From: an uncultured Alphaproteobacteria bacterium
Lineage (GTDB): Bacteria > Pseudomonadota > Alphaproteobacteria > HIMB59 > GCA-002718135
Reading direction: 5' to 3'
NCBI GenBank assembly: GCA_902588745.1
Contig: CACIQI010000001.1
Coordinates: 13,924 to 77,923 of the forward strand
DNA length: 64,000 nucleotides
Both the position numbers and the translations under genes were made by a program. The notes under the pieces are model-generated. The model saw nothing but the letters and a program-made list of their open reading frames with translations. It had not been told where the DNA came from and made no database searches. Below, in pieces: positions 36,677 to 45,009 of the stretch (positions are counted from its first letter, which is position 1; every line of letters begins with the position of its first letter).

Positions 36677-38423
36677 TTATATTAATATTTGATAGTTTTC
36701 TATTTTTAATTTCATAAACTTGATCACATCTGTTTAATAAATCTTTATCATGGGATATAATTAACAAAGTTTTTGTATTTTTTAAACTTACCAAAATATT
36801 AATTAGTTCAGTTTTAGTATTTGAATCTAAAGCACTAGTTGGTTCATCTAAAATTAATAAATCAGCAGATTTATATAAAGATCTTGCAATTCCAATTCTT
36901 TGAATTTGTCCTCCTGATAGGTTAGATGCATCTTCTTCAACATTAGTCTCTATTCCATCTGGTAAAGATTCAATAAATTCAGTTAATTGTGAAGCTGATA
37001 TAGCAAAATTTAGTTTATCTTCATCAAAATTTTTTTCAAAATCAAAAGTTATATTCTGAAGAATTGAAGCTTCAAATAATGTATTTCTTTGAGAAACCAT
37101 TCCGATTTTGTTATGCCATATACTAATAATATCGTTTAAGTTATATTTATCATTTAATATAATATTATTATAATCAACAACTATTAAACCTGATAATATA
37201 TTTATTAAGCTAGTTTTTCCTATACCGCTTTTACCAGTAATAGCTACCATACTATTTTTTTTAAGTTCCAGTTCAAGATTATCAAAAATAAGGTCTTTGC
37301 TTTCTTCAAATTTAAATGTTAAATTTTTTATTTTAAGATTTTTAAATTTAAAATCTGAGACTTTATTTATTGATTGAAGTTCTGATTTATCAAAATTATT
37401 GTTTAAATAGATATTTTCTTCGAAAATTTTTAAAAGTGATGCCTTTCCAAATCTTAATTGCTGAGTATTTGTTACAATTCTGTTTACAGACGGAAGGAGT
37501 CTAAATCCTGCAACAGCAAACATTGCTACAGTAGATACTATTTCTGAGGAGTCTAGAGAATTGAATAAAAAAACTGTAATTATCACCATAAACAAAAGAG
37601 AAATAAACTCTAACCAAAATCTTGGCTGCTGATCTAATACAGATTGTTTTGCCGCAGCATGTGCAGATAGATTAATATTTCTAAAATAATTTTGTACAAA
37701 AATCGGTTTTTTTTTATTCAATTTTATTTCTTTAAAATTTGTGAATGATTGATAAATATTTTTAATTGATCTTTCAGAGTATTCTAAATTTAATCTACCC
37801 CATGAAATATTAAATCTTCTAGCAATGGATAAGTAAATTAAAGAAATAATTAAAATAAAAGCAATTAAAATGAAGGAGACATAAGTATACAAATAGAATA
37901 ATAAAGATAATATCAATAACGAAACAAAAACTTCACTCACCAGAATAGTAAGTGGAACTAAATAGTTTGAACAAAAAACATCAACTTGTTTTAAAATAGT
38001 ATTATAAGCAATATTACTGCTTCTTTGAATCATTGAGGTGTAGTTAAGTGAAAGATATTTGTTTAAAAGATTTTTACTTAAATTTACCTTCATATCTTTA
38101 ACAAACATAGCGAGAATATATGATAGTAAAGTTAGATATAGTGATTTGAATCCATACATTGCAATAATAATAATTAAAAAGATTAATACTAAATCAGAAC
38201 GATTTGAAATATCATACTGAAGATAAGTTGAAATTATTCTTAAAAAATTGTTATCAGATTCAACAACTAAATTTAGAAATGGGAAAATGATACCTATACT
38301 CAACATCTCAAAAACTGCACCAAGAAATGTGAGAATTATTATAATTATAATTGTTATTATTTTCTTATCAGAAAGATTTAGCAATACATTTACGAATTTA
38401 TTTAAACCAAAAATACTAAGCAT
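36660..38423 (-). CDS. fused TMD-NBD ABC exporter (MsbA/PglK-like)
   Basis: 587 aa with an N-terminal 6-TM-type domain, Walker A GKSGIGKTS, signature LSGGQIQR and Walker B LLILDEPTS. Confidence 0.85.
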   Translation of the reverse strand: MLSIFGLNKFVNVLLNLSDKKIITIIIIIILTFLGAVFEMLSIGIIFPFLNLVVESDNNFLRIISTYLQYDISNRSDLVLIFLIIIIAMYGFKSLYLTLLSYILAMFVKDMKVNLSKNLLNKYLSLNYTSMIQRSSNIAYNTILKQVDVFCSNYLVPLTILVSEVFVSLLILSLLFYLYTYVSFILIAFILIISLIYLSIARRFNISWGRLNLEYSERSIKNIYQSFTNFKEIKLNKKKPIFVQNYFRNINLSAHAAAKQSVLDQQPRFWLEFISLLFMVIITVFLFNSLDSSEIVSTVAMFAVAGFRLLPSVNRIVTNTQQLRFGKASLLKIFEENIYLNNNFDKSELQSINKVSDFKFKNLKIKNLTFKFEESKDLIFDNLELELKKNSMVAITGKSGIGKTSLINILSGLIVVDYNNIILNDKYNLNDIISIWHNKIGMVSQRNTLFEASILQNITFDFEKNFDEDKLNFAISASQLTEFIESLPDGIETNVEEDASNLSGGQIQRIGIARSLYKSADLLILDEPTSALDSNTKTELINILVSLKNTKTLLIISHDKDLLNRCDQVYEIKNRKLSNINISDHND

Positions 38424-39624
38424 TGATCAAGTGTAGATTATTTTTTAAGAAATTGTTACCAATAAAAATATTTTTATAATTAACAATACTATACTTGTCA
38501 TAATATTTTACAATATTCCAAAATTCTCTATGATATTCCCTATCTGTTTGGTTATATTCATAGGTAAAATCATTTTTATTACTTCTTAATAGTAATTCAT
38601 TTGCAAAGTTTTTAATTTCTTCAGGAGTATTATTTATACATTCTATATTTAAATTATAAAACTCATTAAAAGTAGTTAAAATATGAAATTTATTTTCAAA
38701 TATTTCGTTTAATGATAGAAATCTATCTTTATCTTTCGAAAAAAATTTTTTAAATATTACACCTCTTTTAAAATTTTGTATCATTATGTTATTATAATAT
38801 GTGGAATTAATTATACCGACTAATTTATTAGATATAACACTAACATTTCCTATTCCTGAATCACTGCCAATATAAAATTTACAATTTGAAAGAAAATATA
38901 AATCAAGAATGTCATCTTTGATTTTTGAAAACGAGTAATCAAATAAATAAGAAAATTTTTTTTTAATTGGAAATTCTTGAATAGAGCCAACTCTAATTAT
39001 ATTTATTTTTTTATTTTTAAAATATTCAATAGTAGGTAAAAAATCGTCAATTGTAAAATTTCTTTGAGTATTATTATTTATGATCTTACTTGATACAAAT
39101 TTAAAATTCTTTTTCATAAATGCACTATCTCTATTATGAATACAAATCCAGTTACTGTAATTAAAATTTATTTTTTTTAAAAGAAAATCTAATTTAAATT
39201 TGGATTTAGTATCAAATTTTATAAAATTTTTATTTAATAATAAATGAGACTCTTTTTCTAATGAGTATAATTTAAGAATATGTCGGCTATCTTTATTAAT
39301 AAGTTTAAATGAACTAATTATAATATCTGAAAATATAGGTAAATTAACTATTAAAAATTTTGTTTTCCAAATTTTTATTAATTCTTTATTAGAGACATTA
39401 AAATTTGAGTAAAATAAAATGTCAAATGTTTTGTTATATTTATTAATTTGTTTTTTTTCATAAAAAATTGCAGTATCTAATGCCAAATGACCTATTCTTT
39501 TATATTCAAGAATACCAAATCTTATAAATAAAAAAGGTCTAAACAAAATTACAAATAAAATAAAAGGTAGAAGCAAAATTGATGATAAAAATAGAAAAAT
39601 ATTATAAATTTTTTTTAAAAACAT
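38416..39624 (-). CDS. uncharacterised protein, putative glycosyltransferase (paralog of 25926-27470)
   Basis: 402 aa with an N-terminal TM segment and the C-terminal motifs shared with the 514-aa ORF (WICIHNRD, IIRVGS, DLYFLSNCKFYIGSDSG). Confidence 0.4.
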   Translation of the reverse strand: MFLKKIYNIFLFLSSILLLPFILFVILFRPFLFIRFGILEYKRIGHLALDTAIFYEKKQINKYNKTFDILFYSNFNVSNKELIKIWKTKFLIVNLPIFSDIIISSFKLINKDSRHILKLYSLEKESHLLLNKNFIKFDTKSKFKLDFLLKKINFNYSNWICIHNRDSAFMKKNFKFVSSKIINNNTQRNFTIDDFLPTIEYFKNKKINIIRVGSIQEFPIKKKFSYLFDYSFSKIKDDILDLYFLSNCKFYIGSDSGIGNVSVISNKLVGIINSTYYNNIMIQNFKRGVIFKKFFSKDKDRFLSLNEIFENKFHILTTFNEFYNLNIECINNTPEEIKNFANELLLRSNKNDFTYEYNQTDREYHREFWNIVKYYDKYSIVNYKNIFIGNNFLKNNLHLINA

Positions 39625-40500
39625 TTAACTAGACAAATAATTTTCTATAATTTTTTTTGTTGTAAAATTTTTATATAATAATTTTTTTTCAATTTTTTTA
39701 GTGTCAAATACTGGAGTTATCTTATTTGAATTAATATATTTTATTTTAGACTTTGAATTATAATGCTTAATAATAAAATTAATTATTTCATATATTTTTA
39801 TGGGATTACGAGCTGCAAATAAATATGTTCCAAAATTGATTTTCTTTTTATTTACTAAAGTATCACAAAAACTGTAAATATCTTTAGGAGTAATTATTCC
39901 ATTAAATTTCTCATTCTTATTAAAAATAATTAAATTTTTTGAGTTCTTTATATCATTAATTATTTTTTTTAACCAGGGCCTTCGATTTTCAGATGATTTT
40001 GTCAGCACCCCAGGAAGTCTTAAATTAATTAATTCTTTTTTATTTATAGTAAAATACTTTTCAGAAATTAATTTAGTTAAGCCAAGTATTTCTTGGTTTT
40101 TAAAATTACTATTTTCATCTATTGTTTTAGTCATAAATTCACCATAAACAGCTACACTTGAAAGATTGATTAATATAGTTTTTTTATTTTTAGATAACTC
40201 TAAAATATTTTTTAAACAATTAACGTTTTTTTTTATAATTTCATCATAAGAACTTTTCTTAGAAAATTCATGTGTTACGATACAATTAATAATAATATTG
40301 GGAATTTTATTTATCTTGATATTTTTTTCAAAATTATGCTTTATAAATTTTAAGTTTTTATTTTTTTTAAAATTATTCAAATTAAATTTATTTCTAGCAA
40401 AAGCATATACACTATATTTTTTGCTAAAATTGTTACATAATTCTCTTCCAACTTCTCCTGCTGCTCCGAGAATAAAAATTACAGGTTTATTTTTTTTCAA
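39625..40500 (-). CDS. atypical SDR-fold protein (epimerase-like, catalytic Tyr replaced)
   Basis: 291 aa with ILGAAGEVGREL and SSVAVYG. The expected YxxxK reads ILGLTK (Leu for Tyr). Confidence 0.6.
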   Translation of the reverse strand: MKKNKPVIFILGAAGEVGRELCNNFSKKYSVYAFARNKFNLNNFKKNKNLKFIKHNFEKNIKINKIPNIIINCIVTHEFSKKSSYDEIIKKNVNCLKNILELSKNKKTILINLSSVAVYGEFMTKTIDENSNFKNQEILGLTKLISEKYFTINKKELINLRLPGVLTKSSENRRPWLKKIINDIKNSKNLIIFNKNEKFNGIITPKDIYSFCDTLVNKKKINFGTYLFAARNPIKIYEIINFIIKHYNSKSKIKYINSNKITPVFDTKKIEKKLLYKNFTTKKIIENYLSS

Positions 40501-41351
40501 TTTTCTATTTTTACTGGATTACTTGTATGCCTATCTTTATTATGGTCACTTTCTGGGCTATACAAACCAATCCACCATCTGCCACTTAAGTCTTGATCAT
40601 TATAATTATTACATGAATTGTCTACAGTAACACTATCAACACCATGTTTCATAGTTGCATAGAATATTCCTACGTCACCAGCGTTAATTTTGTTTTCACA
40701 ATTAATTTTATTCTCATTTTTATCTACAAAATAAGTACCCCCATTGGTAAAATCCTGATTTTGTTCTGACATATATATAGAAATAATTAATCTTTGATTA
40801 ATTGGATGATGTTGATGTGGTTCAATAAAACCTGTTTTATTTGGATATCTAACAATTTGAATTCTATCTACAATTTTATCTTTGGGTGTATTGTTTTTAA
40901 ATGTATCAAAATCTAATCCACCTAAAAATTTGATTGACGACCAATAAGGATCAAATTTACTAAATAAAGAAAAATCATCATCATTCCAACGAAAAAAATA
41001 AAACGAATGTCTTATGGCATTAATTGAATATTTGTTGAGAGTTGACTCATCTTGAATTCTATGAAAATTTGGACATCCCTCTTTCATTTTATGAAAACTA
41101 CTCTTCGTATTTTTTGAATATTCAGTTAATTGTAATTTTAAATTATCGATAAAATATTGATTGAAACAATTTTTGATTAAAATAAAATTACCTTCGTAAA
41201 GATTATCAATCAATTTATACATTTCGTTAAAATTTTTTTTATCAAAAATATTTAAAAATTCTTGAGAATCAATATTTGATATATCTCTAAAATAATTTGG
41301 ATAATTTTTTGAATTTTCTATTTTTTTCCAGTACTCATCTATACTTATCAT
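40497..41351 (-). CDS. hypothetical protein, possible metal-dependent dioxygenase/cupin-like
   Basis: 284 aa with a His-rich segment IEPHQHHP followed ~45 aa later by MKHGVD. It is coupled by 4-nt overlaps on both sides. The fold assignment is speculative. Confidence 0.3.
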   Translation of the reverse strand: MISIDEYWKKIENSKNYPNYFRDISNIDSQEFLNIFDKKNFNEMYKLIDNLYEGNFILIKNCFNQYFIDNLKLQLTEYSKNTKSSFHKMKEGCPNFHRIQDESTLNKYSINAIRHSFYFFRWNDDDFSLFSKFDPYWSSIKFLGGLDFDTFKNNTPKDKIVDRIQIVRYPNKTGFIEPHQHHPINQRLIISIYMSEQNQDFTNGGTYFVDKNENKINCENKINAGDVGIFYATMKHGVDSVTVDNSCNNYNDQDLSGRWWIGLYSPESDHNKDRHTSNPVKIEN

Positions 41352-42025
41352 TTTGATACTAAGGCCAATGTTTTTGAATTAGTGAAATAATAATCACTAT
41401 TATATCTAGTATGCTTTAGAACTTCAAGCCATTCATTTTCTAAAAGTATTGTAGATCCTAATAACGTCCAATTTTTAAACATCCAATATTCTTTAGGTGT
41501 GCTATATGAAGCTAAATTAATGAAACTTTTATTATTACTTACTCTAACAATTTCTTTTAGAGATCTAATAGCATCTCTAAGATTTAATGAGTAAACAACT
41601 CCTATCGCAATAACAAAGTCAAAATAAGAATCCTGATAGTTTATTTCAGTAAATGATCCAATTTTAATATTTTTTTTAATTGATTTCATAGAATTATTAA
41701 CTGCGTAATTTGAAACTTCTATCCCATAAACTTCAGAATTAGGATAAAGTAACTTTATATCATGGAGAAGAAAACCTTTTTCACATCCTATTTGTAAAAT
41801 TCTGGCATTTTTTTTTAATTTGTATTTTTTAAAAATCCTTTTTGCAACAGGTATCCATCTTCCATCATATTTAAAGCCCCCATATCCATATTTTCTATTT
41901 CCATCATATAAATTTTTATCTCTATAGGAAGAAATTATTCTTTCTTTAATAGTTCTAGTTTTGGTATTAGCGACTCTTTTAATTTTTGATTTTGGTAAAT
42001 CTTTTAACAAATTGTATTTTCTCAT
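41348..42025 (-). CDS. class I SAM-dependent methyltransferase (paralog of 24117-24767)
   Basis: 225 aa with YGYGGFKYDGRWIPVAKRI and ILQIGCEKGFL. Confidence 0.75.
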   Translation of the reverse strand: MRKYNLLKDLPKSKIKRVANTKTRTIKERIISSYRDKNLYDGNRKYGYGGFKYDGRWIPVAKRIFKKYKLKKNARILQIGCEKGFLLHDIKLLYPNSEVYGIEVSNYAVNNSMKSIKKNIKIGSFTEINYQDSYFDFVIAIGVVYSLNLRDAIRSLKEIVRVSNNKSFINLASYSTPKEYWMFKNWTLLGSTILLENEWLEVLKHTRYNSDYYFTNSKTLALVSK

Positions 42026-42028
42026 TAC

Positions 42029-42685
42029 TCACTTAAATTCTAATAAATTTTGAATAAATAAATCTTGAAAATTATCAATGATAAAATCAGCATCTTTTAA
42101 AATAAATCTATTATTTGTATTTGTAATTGCTATACATCTCATTTTAGCTTTTTTTGCAGATATTATACCCAATGGAGCATTTTCTATAACTAAACAATTA
42201 TCGTAACCAATATTAAGTTTTTTTGAAGCCATTAAAAATGGTTCTGGATGGGGTTTATTATTAGTGACCACATCTCCTGAAATTATAACATCAAATAATT
42301 TAATTAATTTTTTAGGCAGTGAATGATTAACTTGTATTGAGTGACTAGAAGTAACTAATCCTAAATAAAAATTCTTTTCTTTAATTTTAACTAAAGTTTT
42401 TTCTACAAAAGGATATAATTTAATCTTATTAACTTTACTTAGGTAAATTTCTTTTTTTTTTTTAACTATACTTGATACTATTCTTTCATTATATTTTATA
42501 TTATTTTTATCAAAAAAAAATTGAGTTATTTTATCAAGAGACATTCCTTCAAGTGGATAATAATCAGTTTCATTTATATTTATATTGAAATTTTTAAGGA
42601 CTTCCTTCCAAGACAAAAAATGTAGCTTCATACTTTTTATCAAAGTACCATCTAAATCAAAAAGTATTAATCTATTATTTTGCAA
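42029..42685 (-). CDS. HAD-superfamily hydrolase (beta-phosphoglucomutase/phosphatase subfamily IA)
   Basis: 218 aa with LFDLDGTLI, VTSS, NKPHPEPF and a C-terminal acidic motif. Confidence 0.8.
   Translation of the reverse strand: MQNNRLILFDLDGTLIKSMKLHFLSWKEVLKNFNININETDYYPLEGMSLDKITQFFFDKNNIKYNERIVSSIVKKKKEIYLSKVNKIKLYPFVEKTLVKIKEKNFYLGLVTSSHSIQVNHSLPKKLIKLFDVIISGDVVTNNKPHPEPFLMASKKLNIGYDNCLVIENAPLGIISAKKAKMRCIAITNTNNRFILKDADFIIDNFQDLFIQNLLEFK
42452..42463. repeat. 12-nt A/T homopolymer inside the HAD hydrolase coding sequence
   Basis: Read directly: T12 on the plus strand (A12 in the mRNA sense, encoding KKKK). Confidence 0.9.
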
Positions 42686-43199
42686 ATTTTGAAAGAATTA
42701 ATTTCATCCAATCGCCAAGATATTTATAGTGAGGTGAGGTAATAATTTTTTTATCTTCAACAACTGGTCCCTTATAATAATAAGCTCCAGAATTATTTAT
42801 ATCATCTTCAATGCTATAGTACCCAGAAATTTTTGTATTCTTTACTATTTTTGCACTAATTAAAAGTTGAGCTCCATGACATATACTGCCAATATAAATT
42901 TTGTTTTTGTAAAAATCCTTAATTATTGAAAGTGTTTTTTTATCTTGTCTTAAATACTCCATAGCTTTTGCACCACCTGGTAATATTAATAAATCATAAT
43001 TTTTGGTTTTTACTTTACTCATTTTAATTAGTTTATGATCTTTGTTTGGTGGAATTTGCGTACCTAATATACCTTTAACAGGAGCATCACCAAGTAAACA
43101 AACGTCTACTTTAAATTTTTCTTCTAAAAGCCTATAATATGGATATATAAATTCATGATCTTGTACTAAATTTCCTGAAAGCATTAGTGCTTTATTCAT
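42675..43199 (-). CDS. DJ-1/PfpI-family protein
   Basis: 174 aa with EFIYPYYRL, LILPGG and the nucleophile elbow SICHGAQLL. Confidence 0.8.
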   Translation of the reverse strand: MNKALMLSGNLVQDHEFIYPYYRLLEEKFKVDVCLLGDAPVKGILGTQIPPNKDHKLIKMSKVKTKNYDLLILPGGAKAMEYLRQDKKTLSIIKDFYKNKIYIGSICHGAQLLISAKIVKNTKISGYYSIEDDINNSGAYYYKGPVVEDKKIITSPHYKYLGDWMKLILSKFAK

Positions 43200-45009
43200 A
43201 TCTTTTCATATAATTTTTAAAACTTAAATTTTCAATGATTTTTTTATCTATAAATGGATATAAATCCTCATAAGAAGTGTAGATACTTTTACCATCCTTA
43301 TCTCTTCTATTAATCATTTTTGGCTCTTGTGGCTGCTCATCATCCATGATCAATTCACAAATAAAAGGTGATTTTGAATTAATAATTTTTTTTATATATT
43401 TGTTTAAATCTTTGTGGTGTTTTATTTTTAAATAAGAAATCTTATGTGATTTGGCTATTAAAGAGAAGTTTGGAAATGAAAGACCTGATGATGAATTAGA
43501 TCCCATTATTCGACCTTTAAAGCCAAGTTGCTGGGTCTGTTTAATAGTTAAATAACCCTTGTTGTTATAAATAAAAATCTTTATCGGTAATTTATTATGC
43601 ATAACTGTAGCTAGTTCTTGAATATTCATTTGCAAACCGCCATCGCCAGTTACACATATAATGTTATTTTTTGGATTAGCATAATATGCCCCAATTGCTG
43701 CTGGTAGGCCCCAACCCATTGGTGCATGACCTGAGTTTGTATAAATTTTTTGTCCAAGCTTATTTTTAAAAGATTGATATGTGCCAACAAAAGAAAGGCC
43801 CATATCTGTAACAATAGTAGAATTTTTGTTTAATTTTGAACTTAAGACATCAATAAAATAATATGAATTTACATATTTTTTTTGATTGATAATTTTTTTA
43901 TTAAGAATAGGAAATTTTTCTCTTATAAATCTACAATAATTAAGCCAATTTTTATTATAAAAAAACTTTTTATTTATAATTTTATTATGTAAGATTTTAA
44001 AAAATTCGTAAGCATCAGAATTAATTTTTAAATCAAAATTAAGGAAATGGTTTTTTAATTCAAAGCTATCAACATCAATTGAAACTTTTTTTGCATTTCT
44101 TGCAAAGTCTGAAAAGTTATAGCCAGTTACCATATAGGGCAATCTACTACCAACTGATATGAATAAATCACAGTTCTGAACAATAAAATTTGATCCCCTT
44201 TCGGCAAAAGCACCTGGTCTACCAAGATTCATTTTATCTTTTGATTCAAATAGATCTATCGCATTCCAAGAAAGACAATAAGGTATTTTAGTTTTTTTGA
44301 TAATTTTTTTTACTAATAATTGAGAGTTAGATATTCTTACACCTTGACCAAAATAAAATAATGGCCTTTTAGAATTTTCTATCATTTTTAATAACTTGTT
44401 AATTTTCATAGAAATAGAACTATTATTTATTTTTGATAATTTATTTCCTATTGAGATTTTTTTATTTCTTTGGTTTATTTCTGAGTTTTGAATATCAGCA
44501 GGAATATCAATTAAAGCTGGTCCAGGTCTACCATTATTAGTTTCATAATAAGCTTTTTCTAATGTCTCATAAACTTCACTTGGAGAAGTAATCATTTTTG
44601 AATACTTTGTTATTGGTTTAGAAAGAGAAACTATATCTATTTCTTGAACACCTTTTTGTCTAATTTTTAAATTACTTATGGTTTGATTTAAAAATACTTG
44701 TCCAGATAAAACTAACAAAGGCACAGAGTCTATCCAGGCACTAGCAATTCCTGTAAGGGCGTTTGTACCTCCAGGTCCAGTTGTTACTAAAGCACATCCA
44801 GTCATATTTTTTGATCTCGCATAACTCTCAGCAGCAAAAACAGAAGCTTGTTCATGATGATTACAAATATATTTGAGATTAGATCTAAAAAGAGCATCAC
44901 ATAAGAAAATTGACCCACCACCTGAAACAGTAAATACTGTTTTAATTTTTTTTGATTTAAGAAAATCAATTACATAATCAGATACAGTATAACGAGAATT
45001 AGGTTTCAT
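43192..45009 (-). CDS. thiamine-diphosphate-dependent enzyme, acetolactate-synthase-like (intact motifs)
   Basis: 605 aa with the HHEQ catalytic-Glu motif, TTGPGGTN, GRPGP and the ThDP/Mg motif GDGGLQMN...IYNNKGY. Confidence 0.85.
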   Translation of the reverse strand: MKPNSRYTVSDYVIDFLKSKKIKTVFTVSGGGSIFLCDALFRSNLKYICNHHEQASVFAAESYARSKNMTGCALVTTGPGGTNALTGIASAWIDSVPLLVLSGQVFLNQTISNLKIRQKGVQEIDIVSLSKPITKYSKMITSPSEVYETLEKAYYETNNGRPGPALIDIPADIQNSEINQRNKKISIGNKLSKINNSSISMKINKLLKMIENSKRPLFYFGQGVRISNSQLLVKKIIKKTKIPYCLSWNAIDLFESKDKMNLGRPGAFAERGSNFIVQNCDLFISVGSRLPYMVTGYNFSDFARNAKKVSIDVDSFELKNHFLNFDLKINSDAYEFFKILHNKIINKKFFYNKNWLNYCRFIREKFPILNKKIINQKKYVNSYYFIDVLSSKLNKNSTIVTDMGLSFVGTYQSFKNKLGQKIYTNSGHAPMGWGLPAAIGAYYANPKNNIICVTGDGGLQMNIQELATVMHNKLPIKIFIYNNKGYLTIKQTQQLGFKGRIMGSNSSSGLSFPNFSLIAKSHKISYLKIKHHKDLNKYIKKIINSKSPFICELIMDDEQPQEPKMINRRDKDGKSIYTSYEDLYPFIDKKIIENLSFKNYMKRYE

